In this document: positions 1 to 11,605 of the stretch, one piece after another
Numbering within the stretch: the stretch's first letter is position 1
Layout: each line of letters starts with the position of its first letter
Origin: Limulus polyphemus
Lineage: Eukaryota
Assembly (NCBI RefSeq): GCF_000517525.1
Contig: NW_013665974.1
Span: forward strand, 239,503 to 290,856
Direction of reading: 5' to 3'
Length of the DNA: 51,354 bases
The notes under the pieces: generated by a model
The model's input: the letters and a program-made list of their open reading frames with translations, nothing else
Told to the model about the DNA's origin: nothing
Database searches by the model: none
Translations under genes and position numbers: made by a program

Positions 1-17
1 GATATAGGGTAGGCTGG

Positions 18-57
18 TATATAAAAGAGGGGAATGTAATGCGTGTGCGTAGTCAGT
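18..57 (+). promoter_or_regulatory. Core-promoter-like pair: TATA box 'TATATAAAAG' at 18..27 with an arthropod-type initiator 'TCAGT' at 53..57, about 30 bp downstream
   Basis: The spacing and sequences match the TATA+Inr consensus. No downstream coding sequence was recognised. The site sits at the window edge, just 5' of R2 copy A, and could be a transposable-element promoter. Confidence 0.2.
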
Positions 58-249
58 GAGTAATTGAACTGCAGTCAGAGAGAGACGTATTGTTGTAGTT
101 AACGTTCGTTCGTTATTATAGTTTGTTATAACGCGATTGTTGAAGTTGAGTGTATCGTAGAGTTGTATTCGGAAAGAATAAACCAGTTTTATTAAGTAAA
201 GACTTGTGTCGTTAAGTTTCGTCGGAACGAAGTTACGGAAAGTTAATTA

Positions 250-810
250 ACAAATGGAGACGTAACAATATAGTTTTACTTTCTTAGAACTTTCAAGTTC
301 TCTAGTAACTTTAAGGTTACCTTTCATTTTCATTTGTGTTGGCGCCGTTTGGCTTTCGTCTGTAATTTAATTAAGTACTCGTTTAAGTTCACCTGTGAGA
401 AAATTATGCATAAGTTGTTCCACAAGATAATGGAGCTAAGGACTGTATTTGTAGTATGGTTTATTATTAGTGTGGTGAAATCTAAGTGGGAACTTGGATT
501 TTACAGAAGCTAAAATGAAGGTTAATTGTATTGTTTTACATTTTAACTTAAGGACACCTTCTTTTAGTGATTATCTCTCTTATACACTAGCCTAAGTTAC
601 AGGGGAGAACATGTACTAGCATAAACATATTATTTAATAAAGTCTTTGTTGCTCTTGTTAGTCCCTTTTTGTCACATATTTAAACACACGATCATTTGCC
701 TTTCATTGTATAATACTGCATTTTTGGTCTTCTAAACTGCGAAGATCTCCATTAAATATTTGTTCCTTGGATAAACCTTTGTCTTGCTTCATTCGTTTTG
801 TCCCAATCAT
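250..810 (+). repeat. Interspersed repeat R2, copy A. It carries an internal segment of about 270 bp, 420..690, that copy B lacks
   Basis: 283..415 aligns to 4953..5090 ('ttcaagttctct.gtaactttaaggtt.actttcattttca...gagaaaattatgcataa'). 690..800 aligns to 5125..5215 ('tgtataatactgcatt...aaactgcgaagatctccatta.atatttgtt'). Confidence 0.7.
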
Positions 811-3207
811 CAGGAAACACACCTGTATACAAGATCCACGTATCTCATGTTTTTGTGAGCATGGATTTCTCTGCTTTGTCGGAAATCCTCGAGATACCAC
901 AGAGCAGAGAACGAAGGTGCGAAATATTTTGATGCTGTGACCAGGACCTGATTATTGTGGTTGTGAAGTATTTGATGAGAGGGACAGAAAAACCACACGG
1001 GTTTATTAGGAAGATGGTAAGTGTACCAGAGAGCATGATTGAAATGATATTCTCTACACAACGAAGGATAAATGATCTGTTGGAAGATAAATCACAAGCT
1101 AAGAGAGGGTGACAAGCATAGTCGTCAGATTCAAGGAAAGCCTTCTCCTACATATGGAATTTTAGCTGTTCCTGCAAACAATCTCTACAGACCTTCCCTT
1201 TACTGCTACTGACTCTTGAGACAAAATAACATGGGTCTCCTGGAGCACCCAGAAGGCCTTATGAAGTTTCCCCTAATGTTAAACTTTTGGAAACTAGAAA
1301 AATCTCTTGAATCTCACTGTTCACAGATGGCAGCATATTACCTACTGTAACTGTTGGAAGACAACTTATGGAAGTGGACTGTATGTTTGCAATAGTAACG
1401 AAGCACGTGCCTGAGATGATCAGTTAGAATCTACTAGTGCACACGATTATGTATTTAATTGAGATGTTTACATACATGAAAATATGAAACAAACATAGTG
1501 AACGTATAGAGATCAACCTATGATGGAGAATGCAAGAGTTTGGTCAGACTGTTAAGGCAGTGTATAAAGTTAACTAAATACTGGTCTGACAAACACTAAT
1601 TGAAGCAGCAGCGAGACTGCTGGTTTCAACATAGTAAAGAAGTAAAAATTCAGTTTTGACATTCATGTTTACAGGTATCGTGTTTTGCCAGAAAAGATGA
1701 AGATAACATAGTTTCCCAATACATGTGTACACGAACATGGTTTGAATTGTGTTTAGCAAATTTTAGTGAGCTGTGTGTTTGTTTTGTACTGAAACATAAA
1801 TGAGGAAGTACAATTGTCTGTGAAATGTGAATCTAGACCAGTATGCCTATGCACGACAATTTACCTCGAGACAATCCGAGGTTTTGTTTGTTGTTCAGGA
1901 CTATTTTGATCAACAGATTAAAATATTTTAAGAACTCAATTTTCTTAATTATGTTCTCAACATAAATCAATACAATCTCAGTTCTGCATGAAAATGTAGG
2001 CTGTGATGCCCCAGACAAAATATGATATCTTTGTGAGAGCTGGATATTCTTGTCTTCTGCAAAGTTTGTTGTTGATCAAAGTCGACAAGGAGAGGAGACA
2101 GAGATGATAATAAATTCTCACAGACTGAGGTCAACACCCATGTGATATTTGATCTATATCAGTCACTAATGTGGATACTTTCAATCCCCCATTTCTTTCC
2201 TACTGGATCTGGGATCTGTTAGTTAATAACTAGACAGTTGTAGAGGTAATGTGGTGAAGTGCTAGTTGCAGACCATCAGTGAGGCTGCACCAACATAGGA
2301 GGCATATGAGGTTATGTTTGAGTTTGTTATTCAAGGGTGCCGAGTTAGCAGAAATATTATGGTCTGAATAAAAGTGAGCATGTAGCCCATAGACACGGAG
2401 CCTGACCCCACATTTCATTTTTTATTTTTCACTATGCCCTGATAGGTATTCTAGGATGAAGTTTGTTTTTGTAACAGGGATAGTACTGCTTTAACCTACG
2501 CTTTTGACTGAGTTCCTCTGACCAATTGGCATTTGTTTAACCCTGCATTTTCAAACCTGACTTTACCTATTTAAGATAAAGATCTTAACCCTATTGGCTA
2601 TATTTATCCTTTAAACTGGCCATTGATGTTTTTTGAGTATTCTCTGTTGCAGATAACTCCCTGGAATTGCTGACATGAATGGAACTAATGGTGAGTCTTT
2701 TCCTTTGGACTTTATTAATACTATGGAGTTTCCAATACTGCCTTCAATGCCTGGGGTTGAACCTGCTTTCATGTTCTTACAGCTGATAGATGAAGATGTA
2801 GTGATGGACAAGTCATCAGGCATACAGCCTCTGAAGGCAGTAACTGTGGGCCTGGCCCTCTGGACTGAAGTGTGTCCTAAGTCACTTCCAGCCACTCTCA
2901 CTATTGGTTGTCCTAACAACACCTGATATAAGGTGCCAGAGAAAGTGAGCTTGAACGAGTCTCATGATAACTAGTGTGCCAATCACCCAGCTGCTTACTA
3001 CTACAATGTCCCACATCTATATGAATAAGATGCCACAAAATCGTATAAAGAATAAGAAACGACACAATTAGGAGCATTACAGAAAGCAACTAAAGTGCCT
3101 CATTATGAGAAACAACAGACACAGTATGTGAGCACACCTTCAATGGGATCATAAGATCCAGCACCCTAGTAGAAGCTTTTCACCACTAAAATCAATGAAA
3201 TAAAGAA

Positions 3208-3477
3208 CTAAACTTTGACAAGACCATTCATTCTGTCACCTCCACAATGTTGACAACCATAACACCAGCTAAAACTTATTTCCAAAGTGGCAGTCACCAA
3301 TGTGGCTACAATGATGATGGTACAACCAGCTGCAGCAATAGTGACCACCAGGTTCAGCACAAAGACATCTGCTTCAATCATTCCACTGGTCATGGCTCCT
3401 AAAAAAACATTGGAAATAGTAGAGCTTTCAATAAAGCCCCAACCAATGTATGCTAGTGACACACTGCAACAGATCAC
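3208..3477 (-). CDS. Possible terminal exon of an unidentified membrane-protein gene. Strongly hydrophobic ~90-codon frame preceded by an acceptor-like 'tgatatttacag' and ending in a stop
   Basis: Translation '...IVICCSVSLAYIGWGFIESSTISNVFLGAMTSGMIEADVFVLNLVVTIAAAGCTIIIVATLVTATLEISFSWCYGCQHCGGDRMNGLVKV*'. It sits in a GC-richer stretch at 2400..3550, which also has an overlapping plus-strand ORF at 2675..2926. I recognise no family for it. Confidence 0.15.
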   Translation of the reverse strand: MICCSVSLAYIGWGFIESSTISNVFLGAMTSGMIEADVFVLNLVVTIAAAGCTIIIVATLVTATLEISFSWCYGCQHCGGDRMNGLVKV

Positions 3478-4919
3478 AATTTTGATGTGGCACTGTAAAT
3501 ATCAGGCAGCTAGAGACCTGGGCTCTTTGTAATTGAGAGGAAGACAGTTTTTTAAAGCAACAAGAACCAACAGTGCAGTTGGAGAAAGTGTATCAACTCT
3601 AAAAAGATGTCAAACTCGCAAAACCATTACAAAAACTAAGGAGATTATACACCAAATCACCATAGCTGCATTTGAGGACATACTGTTGAATATAATTTAG
3701 GTGAGTTAAACTATCCTCTTCACCTAAAATGTAAATAGTTTGTTATATCACTGTGTAGAGACATGAACTACGTTTTTGTATAGTTAACGTTTAATTATTA
3801 TTTTTCTGTATGTTTCCTTTCTTTTGGTTCAGTGTATATGTGTTGACGTGGAGTTAAAATGGTTTCTAATTAACATTCTCTGTATTGCAATGTCAAAGGA
3901 TCTTATTTTAAAGTGCACTATTTTTGCTAAATGTTTTTTGTATTTAATATGTTGTACTGTCATTGTTAAAGGGCCAATTCTTATATGTATCATTGTTAAA
4001 AAGTCAATTTTCATATGTAAAATTATTTTTGATGTTATGTGCAGTACCACCATCTTTTTGTTAAGAGGTTTCATTTTCCAATGTAATGTCAGAGTTAAAG
4101 AGCAATTCAATGATTAACTTTATCTTTGTTAAAGAATTCTTATATTATTTTTGTTTTCTTCTATAATTGAAAAGCCTGTTAGACCCCCTCTTTCCTTAAT
4201 GGGGTGGATAAGATTTGTAACATAATTAGTGTTGTTTCATAATGTTTATTTCTAAGTATTATCGAGTAAGTGATTTACAGAGTAAGATTTAATAATCTTT
4301 TTTTTAGTCTTGAGGTTAGGGATTGTCCAAAAAGAAGGAGGGGGATTGCAGTAGCAGGCTTTACTACACGTTTTCCTCTCCTTTTAATTTAATGTTAAGT
4401 TCACAAAATTTTTCTTCTTTCCTAGGATTCCTAAAGCTGGAACATATTATTGCTTATGCAAATTTCTAACTTTAGCAATTCCCAGGGGATTATTGGGTCA
4501 AGTAGAGATTAGGCACCTCTCTTGTCTGATTCTTTTGTAGGAATAACAATGAAATTTTTAGCTAGCATGCAGAGCTACTCTTCTCAGTGAATCAGGCAGT
4601 AGTTGCAGGTGAAATCATTCATTATCTTTATTTCCCAACAGCCAAATGATCCAACAGGCATCAATTTTTCTTGTGTCAGAAATCTGAGGGTTTACCACCA
4701 TATTTAAAACAGTGTTGGAACCTGAGAGAACAGATTTTCCACAGATATCACCTGGATTTGATATAGATTTTCAGTAAATTTTCATCTGTATAGATTTTAA
4801 AAGATCTTTATGTAGAATAATAGAGGTAGTTTCATTTGGACTAAAACAATGTTTTAGCAGTTTTCCTGTAACATCAACTTATACAACAGATATCTTTAAA
4901 GTTCTCACTTTCGATTGAT

Positions 4920-5235
4920 GGTAGCAGGTATGGGTAGTTTAATGTAGCTTTACTCTCCGAAAACTCTTCAAGTTCTCTTGTAACTTTAAGGTTGACTTTC
5001 ATTTTCAGTTGTATGGGATCGATTTGGCTTCTCTATTATGTAATTAAGTAGTTGTTTAAGTTCGCCGGTGAGAAAATTATGCATAACTCTTTTCTGGTCA
5101 CACATACAAATACAAGATAGCTTCCCTTGTATTGTATAATACTGCATTGTTGTTTTGCGTAAACTGCGAAGATCTCCATTACATATTTGTTTTTTGTATA
5201 AATCTCTCGTCTCATTCCTTGCGGCCCAATTATAA
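4920..5235 (+). repeat. Interspersed repeat R2, copy B. Compact form, same orientation as copy A
   Basis: See copy A. Roughly 85% identity over the shared blocks. Confidence 0.7.
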
Positions 5236-7079
5236 CTATCATTTACAATTAATTTTCTGAAATATATTTAGTAAGTAACAATATACTTTTATTAATGTTG
5301 GATACTTTTTTGCAAATACACTTGTAACAGAAAGTCCAAAATAAATACCATATATCTATTGGTTCATTAAGCCTTTTGAGTGTTGAGTTATTGTCTACAA
5401 ATGTACAAATTACTCTTATAATCTACATTTGCATAAACTAAAATAAAATCCACTTATTCTAATCATAAGTAAGGTATCTTCTGTTTATTTTTATGGATAA
5501 AATGTCTGGAGGATCTGGTTGAAACATTCTGATGCTTTTCCTTATTCAAGATTTCCAAATATGTTATTCATAAAGAAAAGGCTACAATCCAACTGCTATG
5601 TCTTTCCTATAAGAATTTTTCATCATTTCATTGTGCTTTATGAGGAACAAAAAAGCTGTGTGTACAAACTTTGATTAGTTAGCAACTATACTACTAGGAG
5701 CACAAAGTTTTGCAAATGGTTTATTCTATTCTATTACAGCCAACATAATATATAAGATGCTATTTCTAACTTCATGATCATAATCTAAACAAAGTTGTTT
5801 GAAAACTTCTACAAGCTACATTAGGTGGGCGAAGTTCTTTTACTCTATCCTAAATGATCCCTAACCCACTTCCTAAATCTTCTTTTACACATAATCTTCA
5901 AAACATATGATGTGAAAAATAAAAATTGCATATGAATAATAATAAAAATTACACCAGAGAGCACCACAGCATAAAGACAAGTTTATACATCTTTAAACTT
6001 CAAGCAAGTGCAGTTTATTGAAGTTTCAATGCTAGTAAAATTTACTTTGCCCAAGTTAAGTTTATAACAAATTATAATAATGAATAAAAAAAATACACTT
6101 ACTTTTAAGCATGCTTTAACATTTTGACTTTCTCTTTCAGATGAGAAAATCAATACAAAGCAATTTTTGTGCAAACCAGCAGAAATATCTAGCTGTATCA
6201 CCAGCAATAAGAAAAAAAAGTACAACAGAGAGAATGATCCTGTTTTTTAATACCTGTTATTTTATTGTAAGTACATGAATATAAATTTCATTAGGTATAT
6301 TCCAGTAAACAAGAAAATCACTGAATTCAACAGAATAGTGGTCAAACATAAAGTCAAAACTACATGTTTACTTTAATACTAAATCTATTTCAGACATACA
6401 GTTATTATCTATCACTTTACTTCACACAAAGTACATGATTCACTTTCAGACAGAGAACAGCTGTGTACTTCCAACTATCTCATAGTACACTTGGGCATTA
6501 ATTTAGCATCCTTAGAATAATTTGTTGATTAAAACAAACTTTCATAACTTTTAACCATCTGGAATAGTTTAAAATCAGAAAATCATTTCAGAGTTATTAA
6601 CAAGAACATTTATATAAAGCTTGAAGTTACTACAATGGAGTGAACCCTTAATGCTAAATGCACTCCTTTGTTAACTGATAAAGGAATTTAATTGATGTAA
6701 TAAAACATTAGTTAAAACACAACAGTTAATAATTTATATTAAACTATTTTAGAATGAAATAATTGCATATTCAAATTACACACACACAATTAGCTATGTG
6801 AAATCTATAATAGGTGTGGATGTTCTTCAGAAATCTGGATACAAAAACAGTTCCAACCTTTTAAGTGTTTACTTTGCAGAGTACTTTTAAGTGTCCTCTT
6901 CCCCCTGAAACATTAAGTCAGTATTTTACTAACAAATACATGTTTGTTTGACACTGAAAAACAGTGTTCTCATTTTTAACATGACAAAATAACCAAAAAC
7001 AACTTGAGTAATATAACATCTTCATAAGAACTATGTCCACAAGATATTGTAGCATAGGATTGTAACTATAGCACTGGTT

Positions 7080-9090
7080 CTGTCTCCTGATAAAGTATTA
7101 AACTTCTTCATTGTTTGAAGGATAAACCCTTGGTAGAGAAAGTATCACACTAACTGATATTTTAATGACAGTCTTTTTGTGTAATGTACCATGGTTCTAA
7201 CAAAAGTTTGTTACAACTATAGTATTAACTTATAGCTTTAACCCTATCTCCATGGGTATCCTTTAGTGTGCATGATACAAGGTTTTAGTGTCTTAGATTC
7301 AAATTTTTATTAAACTACTTTTTGTTTATGTTATACCAATTAGTTTAACATAAAATCTTAGCTAATAATCCATATTTTAATAGTATATAAGTTTTAAGTT
7401 CTTAATTTTATAAGGCAATATTTTAAAATATCCTGAATTTACCCTAATGTGACACATGACACATTTTCTCTAGGTATCTTCTCATCTCTATTTTATCCCC
7501 CTACCCAGAAACTACGAAAATAAACGTAAATTACTCACTATAAAATCGTCATTGGTCTCTCCTGCCACACCCACCTGTCACATCCTCTCTTTCAGGATTT
7601 GTTAATAGTTCTCTTATGTTTAATTATATATTACCTATAACCAATAGAAAGCCAAGGTTTTCATCTATCAAATGACACATTATATTACATTCTGTTCTGA
7701 ACAGAGAAATTTCAATTTCACTTCTAATACAACTTTGGTTCTCACAGGAATGACAATGGTTAGCTTGGATGAATTTGTAACTGTTCTTGTCGCATAGTTA
7801 GAAAGCCAGAAAAATTTTGAATGTTAGAGGAAATTGTCTACTTTTTGCATGTTATTAGTCTATGTTCTTTGGTGTATTATTTAATACACTACTACCATTA
7901 ATATAAAAAAATAGGATTAAGTGTCATCGATAGTTAACAGCAGAAAAAAATAATACTCAGGTAAGTACTTTATTTCTTGTTTTTCATGTTTATTCTTTAT
8001 TTATTATTATGAAAGTAACTAAAATGTAAAAATAGAGATCTCTTTAGGTTAGTTAAGATTAGATTAGGTAAAATAAACAACAATAATAGCATAATAAAAA
8101 TATTTCATGAGGGACACACGCGAACAGCTTGGAGTAGCTCGTGGGTAATGTAATTCGATAGTGTTATGTGAGCTGCACATTCTCCAAATGATTTACAACT
8201 TATAATGGTGCAAATAGTAGTTAGACATCGTTCAAAGGGCAATGAAACAATAAAATTTAATTATAAATAGATGAATACTGTTATGAGTTTAAAGCTGCTG
8301 AGGATACACAAATGTAGTTTCATGCTACATTTGAAGTCATTCTGGAAAGAAAAGGAGGGTAATTTAGATTTTTTTAGAACTTTTTTTTTGTGGTTACGAG
8401 GTCAATCAAATTGACCAACGTTGTATAAAGTTAGGGTAGAGAAGATAACAGATAAAATATAGAGTTTTACTGAAAACAAACATTTGAAATTTATTTAAGA
8501 GGTTTTAGAGATTAACAAATGAAATTTAAGATTCTTGAGATGAAGAAAAGTATTTTTAATCTTAACATGAAAATCACTTTGCACATGGGCTATTCAAAAC
8601 AAATACTCAATATATTCAAGGACAAATCTTTTTTTTTAGTTTATTAAAAATACTTCACTAAAAATTTGATTTTTGTATGTGAAAGGCTTATAATGTTTAC
8701 TGAAAGACTGACAGATTTTGTGAATATCAAAAGTTAGTAGTACCAAATCTATAAAGACTTTATACAAGTAGAAAAAGGTAATATGGTCAGTCAAATTGAC
8801 CAAGCTCATGAGGAGAGAGTTAATGAGGTTTAAGAAACAAATCTCCCTGTTGTAGTATACACAATTTTTATTTGAAGAATATATTGATGTTTTTATAGCA
8901 CTGTTACCCTACACAATATAGAAGAGATTAAATTTTATGAAACAAACACTTTGCTTGGTTGACTATTAGAAAATTTATTAAGTACAATGTAGAGCTGTTG
9001 TAACATGTGGTGATAAGATATAGTAAAAATTACAAAAAAAGAAAGTCTTCTTTAATATTCCATGCCAGTAAATCTTTTATTATTGAAGAA
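7080..9090 (+). repeat. AT-rich ~2-kb interspersed repeat R1, most complete copy. Lies immediately 3' of, and overlaps, the presumed MVP 3' UTR
   Basis: Homologous blocks are shared with 23880..25330 (same orientation), 22480..22990 and 35090..35410 (inverted) and 9900..10430. Signatures are 'ccaatagaaag.caa.gtttcat.catcaaatga', 'tagttagaaagccagaaaaatt', 'ggtcagtcaaattgacc', and 'gtatttttaatcttaacatgaaaatcactttgcac'. Confidence 0.75.
9076..9081 (-). terminator. Candidate polyadenylation signal AATAAA for MVP, about 180 nt 3' of the stop. A second candidate on the minus strand lies at about 8972..8977
   Basis: Plus-strand 'tttatt' at 9076..9081 is AATAAA on the minus strand. AT-rich DNA produces such hexamers by chance, so this is weak evidence. 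Confidence 0.3.
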
Positions 9091-9259
9091 AACTGTTTCA
9101 AGTTTTCTTTTTACTGAAAAAAAACTACTATAATTAATGAATTTCAGACACCAAAATACACTGCTCATATCTAGGGAATCAACTTACTTTTTATCTTCTA
9201 TAATTATAGTCATTTTACATTAGAAAAATAGAGCATTCTTGTTTAAATAGCTATGAAAT

Positions 9260-9397
9260 TTATACCTTAGATGACTCCTCAAGAGCTTTAGAAGATGTAA
9301 TTCCAAGAAGACCTTTTGCTGTAGAGAAAAGGTTGAGAGGAGTCATCCCGTCTGTAATTAAAGTTGACTTGATACCAAGTCCTTGCAACAGCTTCAC
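9260..9397 (-). CDS. MVP: MVP terminal coding exon 14, 138 nt including the TAA stop at 9262..9260. [45 protein letters not shown]
   Basis: Acceptor tttatctttag|GTGAAG. Matches human '[32 protein letters not shown]...'. The protein ends only 14 residues after 'GLLG', whereas the human sequence as I remember it runs about 48 more residues through a Pro/Gly/Gln-rich tail. Confidence 0.88.
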   Translation of the reverse strand: MKLLQGLGIKSTLITDGMTPLNLFSTAKGLLGITSSKALEESSKV

Positions 9398-9602
9398 CTA
9401 AAGATAAATATTTGATTAATTGCTTTATAGATTTTATATTACATATACGATCTCATAATATCACAAAATTATGCTACCATGTATTGAAATAAACATTGGT
9501 GCATCATGTAATTTGTTAGAGGTTGAAGAAATACATAACCCTTTGAAGTATTTCAGATGTGTCTATAAAAATATCAGTGACGGTTAATGATAAAAATAAT
9601 AC

Positions 9603-9791
9603 CTGCAGTTCTGGACCTGCCAAAGCAATGGAACGGATGGTTTCTGATCCTAGAGAATCAACTATATTTTTGAATTTCTGAGTCTCAATATCTGTAATTT
9701 CTTGAGCTTTTAACACTTCTAACCGGTTCTGTTCCCGAAGGTAATGAATCTCAGCTGTCCGAGCTTGAGTTAATCGTTCCAGTTCTGTCTC
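9603..9791 (-). CDS. MVP: MVP coding exon 13, 189 nt, phase 0. ETELERLTQARTAEIHYLREQNRLEVLKAQEITDIETQKFKNIVDSLGSETIRSIALAGPELQ
   Basis: Acceptor tttttctctcag|GAGACA, donor CAG|GTATTA. Matches human '[61 protein letters not shown]'. Confidence 0.9.
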
Positions 9792-9899
9792 CTGAGAGAA
9801 AAATCTGTATTTAATACATCTTCACAGGTGTTATCTTAAATGACTTTATTATTATCCAGTACCCAAAAAAATATCATAAATCATTGTTACCTTATACAA

Positions 9900-10430
9900 A
9901 AAAGAGAAGAGATTAAATTGTATGAAATAAACATTTTGCTTGGTTTACTGTCAGAAAATTTATCCAGTTACAATGTAAAGCTACTGTAAAATCGTGATAA
10001 GATATAATAAATATTACAAAAATGAAAACTTTGTTTGACATTCCATGCCAGTTTTTTTTTACAATTGATGAAAATACTTGATAGAGAAGGTGTTACACTA
10101 TTTAATTTTTTAAATGAAAACCCTTGATAGAGAAAGTAAAAGAAACTCTTTAGTATGAGAAAGTATTCATTTTGTGAAGGAAACCTCTGATACAGTATTA
10201 AACTGGTTCACTGTGTAAAGTATAAATTCTTGGTCAAGAAAGTATTACACAGACTAATTTTGTAATAACAGCCTTTTTTTTGTTTTAACAATAATTTGTT
10301 AAAACTATAGTACTAGCAATAACAGGTATCAGCTTATAGCCCTAATGAGACTTAAGAAACGAATTTTGATATTGTATACGAAGTTTTTATTTGAAGACTA
10401 TGTTAATGTTTTCATAGCACTGTTTTACTA
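9900..10430 (+). repeat. R1 fragments in MVP intron 12, arranged as R1 tail / R1 head / R1 tail-start. This looks like a tandem junction with an internal deletion
   Basis: 9900..10110 matches 8900..9090. 10140..10350 matches 7080..7260. 10370..10425 matches 8845..8900. Confidence 0.65.
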
Positions 10431-10489
10431 TAAGTCCTATTTTCAATTATGTAACAGGAGATTTTAGATTGAAAGATTTGAATACTCAC

Positions 10490-10733
10490 AGCTTCAATTT
10501 TCATGGCTTCAGCTTTTAATTTGGCTTGCTCAACTGCAGCTTCACCTTCAATTCGCTGAGCCTCTGCTCGGCTCTGGGCCTCTGCTTTAGCTTGTCCACA
10601 GCTTTCTACAATCATGCTAGAAGCTTGTAGCTCTAACAGTTCTTTTCGGGAATGTTCTGCTTCTACCTCATCTGTAATCTTCTGTCTTTCAAGACGACCC
10701 TTTGCTTCTTGCTCACGTCTTTCTGCCTCATGC
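10490..10733 (-). CDS. MVP: MVP coding exon 12, 244 nt, phase 2 to 0. (R)[81 protein letters not shown]
   Basis: Acceptor ttgttatccag|G, donor GCT|GTGAGT. Matches the human cap-helix segment '[83 protein letters not shown]'. Confidence 0.9.
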
Positions 10734-11105
10734 CTGGATAACAATATGCAACATTTTACAGCAGTTGTTGAACAGATTAATTTAACTAATAAACTAAATT
10801 TAACTACTAATTTAATCAAATGTAAAAAAAAAAAAATGATACAAAGACAATTTCTCATTTGTGAGAAGGAATACTAATGCAAAATTAACTAGTAATTTTT
10901 TTGATAAAGGAAAAAAATATATATTCTAAGCAGGGGTTTTCCTAGTGTACAGTTGATCACAAATTTTGCATCTGTAAAAATAATTTTGCAGTTGAGAAAA
11001 TCCTTAGGAAAATCTCTGATTCTAAGTTTAACTACTATAATGTATGATTAACAAACTAATAGATTGGAAGTGGTAAATAAGCTTTATTACTGAAACTATT
11101 TTAAA

Positions 11106-11605
11106 CCTAATAATTTCCTGAGGAATACTGTGTTAACACAATTATAAATGTATTGATTTGTTTTTAAAAAGTATTTAGAAAGGTTTTGTTAAAATTTTAT
11201 CCACTCCTAATAATTTCCTGAGGAATACTGTGTTAACACAATTATAAATGTATTGATTTGTTTTCAAAAAGTATTTAGAAAGGTTTTGTTAAAATTTTAT
11301 CCACTCCTAATAATTTCCTGAGAAATACTGTGTTAACACAATTATAAATGTATTGATTTGTTTTCAAAAAGTATTTAGAAAGGTTTTGTTAAAATTTTAT
11401 CCACTCCTAATAATTTCCTGAGAAATACTGTGTTAACACAATTATAAATGTATTGATTTGTTTTCAAAAAGTATTTAGAAAGGTTTTGTTAAAATTTTAT
11501 CCACTCCTAATAATTTCCTGAGGAATACTGTGTTAACACGATTATGAATGTATTGATTTGTTTTCAAAAAGTATTTAGAAAGGTTTTGTTAAAATTTCAT
11601 CCACT
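11106..11605. repeat. Tandem array of 5 copies of an exact 100-bp unit, about 95% identical between copies, in MVP intron 11
   Basis: The unit 'cctaataatttcctgaggaatactgtgttaacacaattataaatgtattgatttgttttcaaaaagtatttagaaaggttttgttaaaattttatccact' restarts at 11106, 11206, 11306, 11406 and 11506. Only single-base substitutions occur (gag/aag, ttttt/ttttc, caca/cacg), with no length variation. Confidence 0.9.

Noticed and set aside
10412-10858. The ORF '[26 protein letters not shown]' first looked like a flotillin or band-7 EA-repeat protein
   Set aside because: In context it is exon 12 of MVP. It is flanked by exons matching 'QLAIEITT' upstream and 'KKFK...[14 protein letters not shown]' downstream, and it matches the MVP cap-helix segment '[30 protein letters not shown]'.
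10614-10877. Plus-strand 87-aa ORF
   Set aside because: It lies antisense to MVP exon 12, and its open frame is a by-product of the coding strand's composition.
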